This document shows, piece after piece, positions 34,524 to 45,087 of a DNA stretch of 64,000 nt. Position 1 is the first letter of the stretch; each line of letters opens with the position of its first letter. The notes beneath the pieces were generated by a model. The model saw nothing but the letters and a program-made list of their open reading frames with translations. It made no database searches and was not told the origin of the DNA. Origin of the DNA: an uncultured Actinomycetes bacterium (lineage in GTDB: Bacteria; Actinomycetota; Acidimicrobiia; IMCC26256; PALSA-610); NCBI GenBank assembly GCA_963716525.1, contig OY970315.1:3238154-3302153 (forward strand), written 5' to 3'. The position numbers and the translations under genes are program-made.

Positions 34524-35958
34524 CTGATTCACGATCTCGACACAGAGGTCGGTGCCGGCGCCGCGCGCGCCGAGCCGCTCGAGCTTGCGCTGTACGCCCG
34601 CGACGCTGGTGTCAGCTCGGGCGCGGCCGCGGCGGTGTGCTTCCCCCGTGACGCCCGCGAGGTCGCGGCGTGCGTGCGCGCGGCGCGCCGCCACGGTGTG
34701 CCGTTCGTGGCGCGCGGGAGCGGCACGGGCCTCGCCGGCGGCGCGACGCCGGTCGACGAGCCGCTCGTGATCGTGACCACCCGGATGAACCGGGTCCTCG
34801 CCGTCGACGCCGCCGCGCGCACCGCGGTCGTGGAGCCGGGCGTGCTGAACCTCGACCTCTCGCGGGCCGTCGCCGGGCTCGGCCTGCACTACGCGCCCGA
34901 TCCGTCGTCGCAGGCCGCCTGCACGATCGGGGGCAACGTCGCCACCAACGCCGGTGGGCCCCACTGCCTGGCGTCGGGCGTCACCAGCGCGCACGTGCTC
35001 GCGGTCGACGCGGTGCTCGCCGACGGCTCCGAGGCCCGTCTCGGCGGCGTGGTGCCCGACACGCCCGGCTACGACCTGCGCGGCGTGTTCGTGGGCAGCG
35101 AGGGAACCATGGGCATCGCCACCGCGGTCACGGTACGGCTGTTGCCCGCACCCCCGGCGGTGCGCACGCTCTTGTGCGACTTCACGAGCATCGAGGACGC
35201 GGCGGCCACGGTGAGCGGGATCATCGCGGCCGGGCTCGTGCCCGCGGCGCTGGAGATGATGGACGCGGAGATCACGAGAGCGGTGGAAGACTTCGTGGGC
35301 GCGGGCTTCCCTCGGGACGCCGCGGCGGTGCTGCTCGTGGAGGTCGACGGGCTTGCGGGCGGCGTCGCTTCCGAGGTCGACGTGGTCGACCGGGTGGCGC
35401 GCGCGACACGGCGCACGCGCGGTGCGCGTGGCCCGCGACGCGGCCGAGCGCGACCTGCTGTGGAAGGGGCGGAAGTCGGCCTTCGGCGCGATCGCCCGAA
35501 TCGCGCCCGACTACTACCTGCACGACGCGGTGGTGCCCCGCACCAAGCTCGTCGACGTGCTGCGAACGGTGTACGCGGTCGCGGCCGAGCAGCGGCTCAC
35601 GATGATGAACGTCTTCCATGCCGGCGACGGCAACCTCCACCCGCTGATCGTGTTCGACGGCCGCGAGCCCCACGTGTGGCCGCGCGTGCACGACGCCGGC
35701 TCGCGCATCCTCGCCGCGTGCATCGAGGCCGGGGGCGTGCTGTCGGGCGAGCACGGCGTGGGGCTGGAGAAGCGCGACCTCATGCCGCTGCAGTTCTCGG
35801 CCGACGACCTCGCCGCGCAGGGCCGGCTCGCCGACGCGTTCGATCCCGACGGTGTGGCGAACCCGCAGAAGGTGCTGCCGGCCGGCTCCCGGTGCGGGGA
35901 GGTCGTCCGAGGGCGGCAGCGGCGCGACGGCGCGGCCGCAGCCGGCGCATGGATCTGA
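34524..35958 (+). pseudogene. glcD: Glycolate oxidase FAD-linked subunit GlcD, 1-nt insertion near 35406; start unresolved
   Basis: The FAD-binding PCMH domain (VCFPRDAREVAACVRAARRHGVPFVARGSGTGLAGG) is in one frame. The C-terminal part HGARAVRVARDAAERDLLWKGRK...NVFHAGDGNLHPLI...GEHGVGLEK is in the +1 frame (track ORF 35353..35958). There is no in-frame ATG/GTG/TTG between 34467 and about 34630. Confidence 0.85.
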
Positions 35959-36987
35959 TGATCGCCAGCGCGCTGACCCGGGCCGCGGTGCCCGTGGTCG
36001 ACGCGCTGCGCGCCACCGGCGATGCCGTCGTGATGCGCGGCGCGGGTACGCACGCCGAGGTCGGCAACCCGGTCGTCGCCACGCGCACGCGCGAGGTGCG
36101 CATCCCTGCTGGTGTCGTCACGTACGACCCCGACGACATGACGGTGACGGTGCTCGCGGGAACCACGGTCGCGCGAGCTCGACGCGGTGCTCGCCGCGGC
36201 CGGCCAGGAGGTGCCGCTCGATCCGCGCGATCGGGTCGCCACGGTCGGCGGCGTGCTCGCGGCGGGTCTGTCGGGCATCCGCCGCCTGCGCCACGGACCT
36301 GTGCGCGACACGCTGCTCGAGGTCAGGTTCGTCGACGGCCGGGGCACGCTCGTGAAGAGCGGCGGCCCGGTGGTGAAGAACGTCACCGGCTACGACCTGC
36401 CGCGGCTGCTCGTGGGATCGCTCGGCACGCTCGGCGCGCTGGTGCAGGTGACGTTGCGCTGCCGGCCCCGTGCCGCGCACACGGCGTGGTACCGCGTCGA
36501 GCGCGACGACGCCGATGCGGTGCGCGCCGGGCTCTACCGCCCGTCGTCGGTGTTGTTCGACGGCCACGCCACGCACGTGCTGCTCGAAGGGCACACGCCC
36601 GACCTGGCCGATCAGGCCGCGGCCGCGCAGCTCGGTGCCTCGGCCGGCGGCGCCCCCGCGTTGCCCGACGGTCCGCACCGTGGTCGCATCAGTGTGCCGC
36701 CGGGTCATGTCGCCCCGGCCGGTCGCGCGCTGTCGGCCGTGGCGCCCGCGGTGCGCTGGTGCGCCGAGCTCGGCGTGGGCACGGTGCACGTCGCGTGCGA
36801 CGATGCCGGCGACCTCGAGCGCGCACGGGACGTGGCCACCGCGTGCGACGGCTGGCTGCTGCGCGAGGCCGGCGCCCCGGGCGTCGACGGCTTCGGCATC
36901 ATGCTGCCCAACTCCGGATTGACCGCCCGGGTGAAGGCCGCCTTCGACCCCGACGGCCGCTTCGCGCCAGGCCGGTTGCCGCAGTGA
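35949..36987 (+). pseudogene. glcE: Glycolate oxidase FAD-binding subunit GlcE, 1-nt insertion near 36174
   Basis: MDLMIASALT...VVMRGAGTHAEVG...YDPDDMTVTVLAGTTVA is in one frame. ELDAVLAAAGQEVPLDP...VKNVTGYDLPRLLVGSLGTLG... is in the +1 frame (track ORF 36187..36987). Confidence 0.8.
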
Positions 36988-38177
36988 GCGGCGCGCTGCA
37001 CCTCGACGAGGAACAGCTCGTCGCGTGCGTGGCCTGCGGCCTGTGCCTGCCGCACTGCCCCACGTATCGCGTCACCGGTCTCGAGATCGCGTCGCCGCGC
37101 GGTCGCATCGCCGCGATGCGCGCCGTCGAGCGCGGTACGGCGCCGGTCGACGCCGCGTTCACGGCGGCGATGCAGGAGTGTGTGCAGTGCCGCGGCTGCG
37201 AGGCCGCCTGCCCGTCGGGCGTGCCGTTCGGCGCGCTGATGCGAGACACCCGGGCTGCGCTCACCGAATCGCCGGTCACGCGCGTGGGGCGCGAACGCAC
37301 CGCGTTGCTGCGTACCGCGATGCGCGTGCTCGACCATCCGAAGTTGCTGCGTGCCCTCGGCTGGCCCCTGCTCGGCGCGCAACGGGCCCGTGCCGTCCCG
37401 AAGCGGTTCCGGTCGTCGTTGCCCCAGCTGTCGCGGGCTCGGCTGCGGGCGCATGACGACCTGCCGGCCGGCGGCACGCCCGACATCTGGATCTTCACGG
37501 GTTGCCTGATGGATGCCTGGATGGCTGACGTGCACCGCGCCGCGGCGCAGGTGCTGCGCGCCACCGGTGCCGTTGTTGCCCGCCCGCACGCCGGCGCCGC
37601 GTGCTGTGGCGCGCTGCACGAGCACGCGGGGCTCGCCACCGACGCGGCACGGCACGCGGAGCGGGTGATGGCGTCGATGCCCGGCGACGCACCGATCGCG
37701 GTCGACTCGGCCGGCTGCGGTGCGGCCATGAAGGGCTACGGCGAGCTGCTCGGGACGGACGCGGCGCGCGCCTTCTCGGCGCGGGTGCGCGACATCGCGG
37801 AGCTCGTGGTGGAGCGGGGACTGCCGCCCGTGCGTGCAATGCAGCAGACCGTCGTGATCCAGGATCCGTGCCACCTCCGCCACGTGCAGCGCAGCCACGG
37901 CGCGGTCCGCACGCTGCTCGCGCCGGCCTACGACCTGGTCGAAACCGACGACGACGGCCTGTGCTGCGGGGCTGGAGGCGCCTACGCGGCGCTCGAACCG
38001 GAGCTGGCCGCGCAGATCCGCGATCGCAAGCTCGCGGCCCTGCGGCGCGCCGGCGCCGGCCCCGGCCGCGTCGTCGCGAGCGCCAATCCCGGGTGCACGA
38101 TGCACCTCGCCGCCGCCGGGCTCACCGTGGCCCACCCCGTCGTGCTGTTCGCGGCCGCGCTCGACACTGCGAGCTGA
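36984..38177 (+). CDS. glcF: Glycolate oxidase iron-sulfur subunit GlcF
   Basis: GTG 36984 with a GTGA overlap. Two ferredoxin-type clusters (CVACGLCLPHCP, CVQCRGCEAACP) and two CCG domains (CCGA.., PGCTMH). Confidence 0.85.
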   Translation: MSGALHLDEEQLVACVACGLCLPHCPTYRVTGLEIASPRGRIAAMRAVERGTAPVDAAFTAAMQECVQCRGCEAACPSGVPFGALMRDTRAALTESPVTRVGRERTALLRTAMRVLDHPKLLRALGWPLLGAQRARAVPKRFRSSLPQLSRARLRAHDDLPAGGTPDIWIFTGCLMDAWMADVHRAAAQVLRATGAVVARPHAGAACCGALHEHAGLATDAARHAERVMASMPGDAPIAVDSAGCGAAMKGYGELLGTDAARAFSARVRDIAELVVERGLPPVRAMQQTVVIQDPCHLRHVQRSHGAVRTLLAPAYDLVETDDDGLCCGAGGAYAALEPELAAQIRDRKLAALRRAGAGPGRVVASANPGCTMHLAAAGLTVAHPVVLFAAALDTAS

Positions 38178-38209
38178 ACCCGCACGGGCGCGATCGCGTC
38201 CGGTCACGG

Positions 38210-39889
38210 TCACACCGCCGGCGCGGCTAGGTGTGGAACGGCGCCGGCATGTGTGCGAGCGTGGGCGAGCGCGGCGCCGAGGTCGCTGAACACGTGACGC
38301 TCGTGGGCAAGCTCTTCGAGCGCGCCGACCACGCGCAGGATGCGAAGGTGGTCGGCACGCAGACCCTTCAGCAGCACGGTGATGTGGCGTGCCTCGAGCT
38401 CGGACACGATCTCACCGAGTGCCTGCGCGCCGGTCGCGTCGAGCACCTGCAGCTCGGGCAGTCGCAGGATCATCACGCGGACGTCGGTGACCGCGGTGAG
38501 CTCGGTCAGGAAACGCTGCGCGGCGCCGAAGAACAGGGCGCCGTCGAGGCGGTACACCACGATGTGCTCGCGGAGTAAGGCCGCTTCCCGCTCGTCGTCG
38601 ATGAGTTCGCCGGCCGAGAACGGCTCGATCGTCACCGAAGCCGACTGGGCGACGGCGCGGAGCGCAAGGATCGCCGCGATCGCAATGCCGAGCTCGACTG
38701 CCACGATGAGATCGAACGCAATCGTCGCGGTGGCGGTCAGCGCGAGGACGGCGGCGTCGGCGCGCGTCGAGCGCACCACCGCCCGCACGTTGTGGACCTC
38801 GACCATGCGGACTGCGGTGAACATGAGCACGCCCGCGAGGGCCGCGAGGGGGATGCGGGCCACGAGCGGACCGAGCACGAGCACTACGAGCACGAGCACG
38901 AGCGAGTGAACGACGGCGGACACACGCGTGCGCGCACCCGCCCGCACGTTCACCGCCGTCCTGGCGATTGCGCCGGTGGAGGGCATCCCGCCGAACAACG
39001 GCGACGCGATGTTCGCGAGACCCTGGCCGAACAGCTCACGGTCGGGGTCGTGGCGCGAGGCGTCGCTCATGCCGTCGGCGACCTTCGCGGAGAGCAGGCT
39101 CTCGATCGACGCCAGCAGTGCCACCGCGACCGCGGCGCCGACGAGATGTTGCATCTCGCCCGCCGAGACGTCGGGAAGCGAAGGCATCGGTATCGAGCGC
39201 GGAAGGGCACCGATCGTGGCGACGTCCGATCCAAAGGCCTGCGCGACGAGCGTGGTCACCACCACCGCGAACAACGAGCCGGGAAGCGTCCGGTGGATGC
39301 GCGGCGCGATCGCCATCACCGCGACGGCGAGGCCCACAAGTGCCGTCGCCTCGAAGTTGACGTGCCCACCGAACGACCGCGCCACTGCCCGCGCGGCCAC
39401 CGCCGCAGCGTTTTCGCCGACCGGCTTGGCGACACCGAGCGCGCTCGGCACCTGTTGCAGGAAGATGATGATCGCGATCCCGATCGTGAAGCCTTCGACG
39501 ACCGGCCACGGGATGAACGCGAGGAAGCGTCCCGCCCGTGCCACCGCGGCGACGATGATCAGTGCACCTGCCAGCATTGAGACGACGTACACCGCGCTCG
39601 TGCCGTATTGCGCGACGATCGGCACGAGTACGACGGTCATCGCGCCGGTGGGACCCGAGACCTGTACGTTCGAACCGCCGAAGACGGCGGCCACGACACC
39701 CGCGACGATCGCGGTGACGATGCCGGCTGTCGCGCCGAGGCCGCTGGTGATGCCGAACGCGAGGGCGAGTGGCAGCGCAACCACACCCACCGTCGCTCCC
39801 GCGATGACGTCACCTCGCCACGACTTTCCCAGCCCGGCATAGTCCTGCCGGCGGGGCAGCAGGCGACCGGCTCGGTGCAGCACGCTCAC
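38210..39889 (-). CDS. SulP-family anion (sulfate) permease with C-terminal STAS domain
   Basis: 559-aa ORF with DVIAGATVGVVALPLALAFGITSGL, many TM helices, and a STAS-like C-terminus (IVVYRLDGALFFGAAQRF). Confidence 0.9.
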   Translation of the reverse strand: MSVLHRAGRLLPRRQDYAGLGKSWRGDVIAGATVGVVALPLALAFGITSGLGATAGIVTAIVAGVVAAVFGGSNVQVSGPTGAMTVVLVPIVAQYGTSAVYVVSMLAGALIIVAAVARAGRFLAFIPWPVVEGFTIGIAIIIFLQQVPSALGVAKPVGENAAAVAARAVARSFGGHVNFEATALVGLAVAVMAIAPRIHRTLPGSLFAVVVTTLVAQAFGSDVATIGALPRSIPMPSLPDVSAGEMQHLVGAAVAVALLASIESLLSAKVADGMSDASRHDPDRELFGQGLANIASPLFGGMPSTGAIARTAVNVRAGARTRVSAVVHSLVLVLVVLVLGPLVARIPLAALAGVLMFTAVRMVEVHNVRAVVRSTRADAAVLALTATATIAFDLIVAVELGIAIAAILALRAVAQSASVTIEPFSAGELIDDEREAALLREHIVVYRLDGALFFGAAQRFLTELTAVTDVRVMILRLPELQVLDATGAQALGEIVSELEARHITVLLKGLRADHLRILRVVGALEELAHERHVFSDLGAALAHARTHAGAVPHLAAPAV

Positions 39890-40239
39890 GTGGAACGCAG
39901 CTCGGCGAGGAGGTCCTGGGTCTCGGTGAGGGAGTTGATCAACAGGCGCTTGGCCACCGCGAGGAGGTCGACCAGCGCGCGGTCACGAATCGCGTAGACG
40001 ACGCGCGTGCCGTCCTTGCGCGCGGTGACGAGCCGGGCCCGCCGGAGGATGCCGAGCTGCTGCGACAGGTGCGACGCCTCCAGGCCGACCAGTGGCGCCA
40101 TCTCCCCGACCGTGTGCTCGCGGTCGACGAGCAGCTCCAGGATGCGGACGCGTGCCGGGTGCGCGAGTGCCTTGAACAGCTCGGCCTTGATCTCCGAGAG
40201 CGGGCGGTCCAGCGCGGGCACCGGATCATGTTCGGGCAC
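39886..40239 (-). CDS. ArsR/SmtB-family transcriptional regulator
   Basis: Winged HTH: LFKALAHPARVRILELLVDREHTVGEMAPLVGLEASHLSQQLGILRRARLV. The stop overlaps the SulP start. The start is ambiguous (GTG 40239, GTG 40263 or TTG 40272). Confidence 0.8.
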   Translation of the reverse strand: MPEHDPVPALDRPLSEIKAELFKALAHPARVRILELLVDREHTVGEMAPLVGLEASHLSQQLGILRRARLVTARKDGTRVVYAIRDRALVDLLAVAKRLLINSLTETQDLLAELRST

Positions 40240-40264
40240 GGCGCACCCATCTCCGACAATCACA

Positions 40265-40297
40265 CATATCAATCACTTTACAATCTTGTCAGATATG
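40265..40297. promoter_or_regulatory. Candidate ArsR operator / divergent promoter region
   Basis: The most AT-rich stretch in the region. CATATC (40265-40270) and GATATG (40292-40297) form an inverted repeat. The flanks are imperfectly extended (ATATCAATCA / TGTCAGATAT). Confidence 0.25.
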
Positions 40298-40353
40298 CGG
40301 GCAATGGCTCGAACCGTGCCGCGGCGGCGCCGCGTGTGGTATCCCGCACTCCG

Positions 40354-40578
40354 ATGACGGCTGGCGGCGCCCACTACGACGCGCTCATCGAGCGCCTGGA
40401 AGCGATCGCGGAGGATCTCGGCGATCTCGCCTACGAGCGCCTACGCGAGCTGGCGTCGGATCCCGACGGCGACGGCGCGGCGCGCGCCAAGGCCGAGGAG
40501 CGCACGCTGCTGTCGGCCCGGCGCGCGATCGCGAAGTCGATCGAGTCGCTGCGGTCGCTCACCGCTAGAGCCGATTGA
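40354..40578 (+). CDS. Small hypothetical helical protein
   Basis: ATG 40354. The 74-aa product MTAGGAHYDALIERLEAIAEDLGDLAYERLRELASD... looks coiled-coil-like. No family is recognised. Confidence 0.35.
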   Translation: MTAGGAHYDALIERLEAIAEDLGDLAYERLRELASDPDGDGAARAKAEERTLLSARRAIAKSIESLRSLTARAD

Positions 40579-41599
40579 GCGCGTTCACGAGGTGCCGCAG
40601 GCGCGCGTAGTTGCGCCGGTCGAAACGGAAGCGCAACCGCGGGAGCTGCGGCACGTCGTGCTCGGCGACCTCGGCCTTCGCCGCCGCCACGACCTCGATC
40701 TTGCCCTTGGCCACGATGTCGGCGAACTGCTCGTTCAACTGCTCGAGCGCCGCCGAGTCGGGCGCCCGCTGGACGCGCAGCACGAGGTCGCCTTCCACGT
40801 AACGCTGCGAGTGGTAGTTCCGGAAGAACGTGGTGAGCTCCTCAACGGCCTCCTCGCAGTCGTCGGTGACCTTCACGAGGTCGATGTCCTCGTTCGTGAT
40901 GTAGCGGCGGCTGCCGAGCTCGCGGTGCACGAAGTCGAGCCAGGAGCGCCAGTACGTGCCGCCGGGCACGTCGAGCAGCACGATCGGTCCGGGCTGGGCC
41001 TTGCCGGTCTGCACGAGCGTGAGCAGCTCGAAGGCCTCGTCGAGCGTGCCGAAGCCGCCGGGCAGCAGCACGAAGCCGTCGGCCTCCTTGATGAACGTGA
41101 GCTTGCGCGTGAAGAAGTAGCGGAACACCACCAGCTTCGGATCGCCGTCGAGGAACTGCGTGGTGGCCGCCTCGAATGGGAGCTTGATGCCCACACCGAA
41201 GCTGTTGTCGGGACCGGCGCCTTCGATGCCGGCCTCCATGATCCCCGGCCCCGCACCGGTGATCACCATCCAATCGTGCTCGGCGAGCCGCCGGGCGACG
41301 CGTACCGTCTGGTCGTACAGCGGGTCGACCGAACGGGTGCGCGCCGAGCCGAAGATCGCGGCCTTGTGCGTGGAGCGGTAGGGCGCGAACACGTTGAACG
41401 AGTGGCGCATCTCCTTCAGCGCCGCGTTGGCGATCTTGAGGTCGCCGCGGTTCGCAGGCTCCGACGCGAGTCGCAACGCCGACACGATCATCTCGAAGAT
41501 CAGATCGGAGTCGGGGATGCGGCCGAGTGAGTCGACGAGCTCGACGACCCGCTCGTCGAGGGCTTCGTCGCCGGTGCGGTAGCGCGGCAGCCGCTGCAT
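40565..41599 (-). CDS. LOG-family protein (TIGR00730; cytokinin riboside 5'-monophosphate phosphoribohydrolase-like), long form
   Basis: IFGSAR, ITGAGPGIMEA and the LLPGGFGTLDEAFE motifs. N- and C-terminal extensions are present. Confidence 0.8.
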   Translation of the reverse strand: MQRLPRYRTGDEALDERVVELVDSLGRIPDSDLIFEMIVSALRLASEPANRGDLKIANAALKEMRHSFNVFAPYRSTHKAAIFGSARTRSVDPLYDQTVRVARRLAEHDWMVITGAGPGIMEAGIEGAGPDNSFGVGIKLPFEAATTQFLDGDPKLVVFRYFFTRKLTFIKEADGFVLLPGGFGTLDEAFELLTLVQTGKAQPGPIVLLDVPGGTYWRSWLDFVHRELGSRRYITNEDIDLVKVTDDCEEAVEELTTFFRNYHSQRYVEGDLVLRVQRAPDSAALEQLNEQFADIVAKGKIEVVAAAKAEVAEHDVPQLPRLRFRFDRRNYARLRHLVNALNRL

Positions 41600-41611
41600 G
41601 TCGGTTGCAGG

Positions 41612-42601
41612 CTAGAGCAACGTCGCGGCCTGCTCCGCGAGGTTGGTCTCGGGCCGCGCGCCCACGTGCGAGATCACCTCGGCGGCCGCCAGGCTCGCCA
41701 GCGCGCCGCACGCCGGCAGGTCGTGACCGTGGGTGAGCCCGTAGAGGAAGCCCGCGGCGTAGAGGTCGCCAGCACCGGTGGTGTCGACCACGTGCGCTAC
41801 CGGATGTGCGGCGATCTCGTGCACCGCGCCCTGGGTCACGATCGTGGAACCGGTCTCGCCGTGCGTGAGCGCGGCGATCTCGCAGTGGTCCGACACGCGC
41901 GGGATCGCTTCGGCGAGCGTGCCCACCTCGTAGAGCGCGGTGATCTCGGGCTCGTTCGCGAACAGCACGTCGACCGAGCTCTCGATCAACCCGAGGAACG
42001 TCTCGCGGTGGCGCAACACGCAGAACGAGTCGGACAATGTGAGCGCCACCTTGCGTCCGGCAGCGTGGGCGGCGGCCGACGCGGCGCGGTAGGCCTCCAT
42101 TGCCGGCGGCTGGTCCCAGAGGTAGCCCTCGAGGTACAGCACCTGCGACCGGCCGATCAACGGGGCGTCGACGTACGACGGGTCGAGCGCGCTGCCTGCA
42201 CCGAGGAACGTGCTCATCGTGCGCTGGGCATCGGGTGTGACGATCACGAGGCAGCGGCCGGTCGGTATCGCACCCGCCGGTGCCCGCGGCGCGTCGAAGT
42301 GCACGCCCATGCTGCGCAGGTCGTGCGTGTAGATGCGGCCGAAGTCGTCGTCGGCGACCCGGCCGATGAACGCGCCGGCGCCGCCGAAGCTCGCTACCCC
42401 CGCGATCGTGTTCGCGGCGCTCCCGCCCGAGATCTCGATCGTGGGACCGAGCTTTGTGTAGAGCTCGTCGACTCGGGCCGCGTCCACGAGCGTCATCGAT
42501 CCGGGCTCCAGCCCGAGCTCCTGCACGAGGTCGTGCGACTCGTGCGAGATCACGTCGACGAGCGCGTTCCCGATGGCAAGGACGTCGAAGGTGCTGGTCA
42601 C
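41612..42601 (-). CDS. PfkB-family carbohydrate/nucleoside kinase (adenosine kinase-like)
   Basis: DVLAIGNALVDV, GGSAANT, and the C-terminal DTTGAGDLYAAGFLYG anion-hole motif. Confidence 0.8.
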   Translation of the reverse strand: MTSTFDVLAIGNALVDVISHESHDLVQELGLEPGSMTLVDAARVDELYTKLGPTIEISGGSAANTIAGVASFGGAGAFIGRVADDDFGRIYTHDLRSMGVHFDAPRAPAGAIPTGRCLVIVTPDAQRTMSTFLGAGSALDPSYVDAPLIGRSQVLYLEGYLWDQPPAMEAYRAASAAAHAAGRKVALTLSDSFCVLRHRETFLGLIESSVDVLFANEPEITALYEVGTLAEAIPRVSDHCEIAALTHGETGSTIVTQGAVHEIAAHPVAHVVDTTGAGDLYAAGFLYGLTHGHDLPACGALASLAAAEVISHVGARPETNLAEQAATLL

Positions 42602-42613
42602 GAAGCGGAGACG

Positions 42614-45035
42614 CTACGGCAAAACCGGAAGCGCGGCCGGTTGGCGGCCGATCGTGACCGGCACCGGGCTCCCGGCGTCGCGGGCCAGCAGGCCGTCGTC
42701 GTCCACCGGGCGGAGGCGCCGGCCGACCGTCTGCGTGCGGCCGTACAGCGTGGTGCGCTGGGCGAGCGTGCGCCCGAGCGGCTCGACGATCGCCGCGAAC
42801 TGCGTGTCGTCGAGCTCCTGGCCGTGGTGCGCGCCAGCAGCGCGCGAGATGTTCTCGTCCATCAGCGTGCCACCGAGATCGTTGGCGCCGGCCCGCAGGA
42901 TCTGCTGCGCGCCGCGCACCCCGCACTTCACCCACGACGCCTGCACGTTGTCGATGAGGCCGCGATAGGCGATGCGGCCGACCGCATGCATCAGCAGCAC
43001 CTCACGGAACGTCGGCCCGGGACGCGCCTTGTGCTGCAAGAAGATCGGCGTGGCCATGTGCACGAAGGGCAGCGGCACGAACTCCGTGAACCCTCCGGTC
43101 TCCTTCTGCAGCGCCCGGGTCCGCAACAGATGGTTCGCGACGTGGTGCGGACGTTCGACCGAGCCGAACATGATCGTGATGTTCGAGCGCAGACCGATCG
43201 AGTGCGCCGCCCGATGGGCCTCGAGCCATTCCTCGGTGTTCACCTTGTCGGGGCAGAGGATCGCGCGCACGTCGTCGTCGAGAACCTCGGCGGCGGTGCC
43301 CGGCAGCGTGGCCAGGCCGGCCTCACGCAGCGTCGCGAGATAGTCGGGCAGCGGCATGCCGAGCCGGCGCGCGCCCTCGGTGACCTCGAGCGCGGTGAAG
43401 CCGTGCACGTGGATGGTGGGCGCCACCGCCTTGATCGCGACCACCACCTGCCGGTAGAAGTCGCCGTCGAAGTCGGGGTGGATGCCGCCCTGCAGGCACA
43501 CCTCGGTGGCGCCGCAGTCGACCGCCTCGACCACACGCCGCTGGATCTCGTCGAGGTCGAGCAGATACGGATTGCCGCGCAAGTTCAACGACAGCGGACC
43601 CTTGCTGAACGCGCAGAACTTGCACTTGAACGTGCACACGTTCGTGTAGTTGATGTTGCGGTTGCGGACGAACGTGACCTCGTCACCGACGGTCTCGGCG
43701 CGCAGCTCGTCGGCGAGCGCGCACACTGCCTGCACGTCGGTGCCGCGTGCCTCGAGCAGCGTGACGATCTCGCGATGGCCGACCTCCTGGCCGGCGCGCA
43801 CTCCGTCGACCACCTCGCGCACCCGCCCCGACACCGCACGCGGGCGCGAGCCGCGGGCGAGCGGCGGTGGACACGTCGATCACCGGCGGTGGCGGGTCGT
43901 CGCCGCCCGAGGCCCAATGGTCGTCGCGCGCGAGGCCCTCACTGTCGCTGCGCACCAGCACGCTGTTCGCGAGCTCGGGCTCGATCCAGTGCGCCGCGTC
44001 GCGCACGAACTCGGGGTGCACGGTGAGGCGGGGCGCGAGCACATGGCCGGCCGCCTCGGTGGCGGCGCGCAGCGTGTCGAGCGCCGGCCAGGGCCGTTCG
44101 GGATTGACGTGGTCGACGGTCACCGGCGACACGCCGCCCCAGTCGTCGATGCCGGCGGCGAGCAGCGCGGCGAGCTCGTCGACGTCGGACAGGTTCGGCG
44201 GGGCCTGGAGATGGATGTCGGGCGGCAGGATCAGGCGCGCGGCGGCGACCGACCAGAGGTACTCCTCGCGGTCGCACGGCGGCACGTCGCGCATCGCGGT
44301 GCCCAGCTTGGGCAGGAAGTTCTGGACGATCACCTCCTGCACGTGGCCGTACTCCGCGTGCGAGCGCGCGATCGCCACGAGCGCGTCGACGCGCTCGGCA
44401 CGTGTCTCGCCGATACCCACGAGGATGCCCGTGGTGAACGGCACGCGCGCGCGTCCGGCGGCGTCGAGCGTGGCGAGCCGGCGCGCCGCGGTCTTGTCGG
44501 GCGCGCGGTGGTGCGGACCGCCCGGCTCGTGGAGGCGGTCGGCGAGGCTCTCGAGCATCATGCCCTGGCTCGGCGACCAGCGGCGCAGGCGGCGCAGCTG
44601 GTGCTCGTCGAGCGCGCCGGGGTTGGCGTGGGGCAGGAGGCCGGTCTCCTCCACCACCAGGCGCGCCATCGCGACGAGGTAGTCGACGGTGTCGGCGTAA
44701 CCCCGGTCGGCGAGCCAATCGGCCGCCTGCGTGTAGCGCACCTCCGGGGCTTCGCCCAGCGTGAACAGCACCTCGTGGCAGCCCATCGCCGCGCCGCGCC
44801 GGGCGATCCCGAGCACGTCGTCGGGCGTGAGGTAGGGCGACTCGATGCGCGCCGGCGCCTTGGCGAAGGTGCAGTAGCCGCAGCGGTCGCGGCACAGCAT
44901 CGTGAGCGGCACGAAGACCTTGGGTGAGAACGTGACCCGTGCACCGAACGCGTGGTCGCGCACGGCGGCCGCCTCGGGCATCAGCACCGCGGCGGGATGG
45001 TCGACGAGCTCCCGGAACTGCGAAGCGGTGAGCAT
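42614..45035 (-). pseudogene. fbiC: FO synthase FbiC (fused CofG-CofH, F420 biosynthesis), frameshift in the interdomain linker (about 43840-43875)
   Basis: The CofG half starts at ATG 45035 (radical-SAM CRDRCGYCTF). The CofH half is in the next frame (CTFKCKFCAF). The CofG frame continues as an Arg-rich nonsense tail to 43683. The CofH frame has a TGA just upstream of GTG 43834. Confidence 0.85.
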
Positions 45036-45087
45036 CGACCCGAACCTACCCGCGGGCGGCTCCCGCGCTGCAGGCGTCATACAACGA

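Noticed and set aside
33759-38177. A 1472-aa giant ORF as a single polyprotein
   Set aside because: Its first about 250 codons are antisense to the Cys-cluster gene. The rest strings together the glcD N-terminal half, off-frame Arg-rich stretches, the glcE N-terminal part and glcF. The conserved GlcD and GlcE C-terminal halves lie in the +1 frame (track ORFs 35353..35958 and 36187..36987). The locus is three genes with two frameshifts.
40842-42935. A 697-aa minus-strand ORF, and similar long ORFs (8085..10286 -, 57296..60013 -, 28098..29672 -, 10341..11690 -, 6856..8088 -, 15925..17481 +, 46505..47656 +)
   Set aside because: The translations are dominated by Arg, Ala, Pro and Gly and carry no recognisable motifs. 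They run antisense or off-frame to well-supported genes. Stop-codon-poor alternative frames like these are typical of very GC-rich DNA.
43683-43834. Separate cofG and cofH genes overlapping by 150 nt
   Set aside because: The CofG-frame tail after about 43870 is Arg-rich nonsense. The CofH frame is closed by a TGA just upstream of 43834. A single fused fbiC with one indel in the linker explains the data better.
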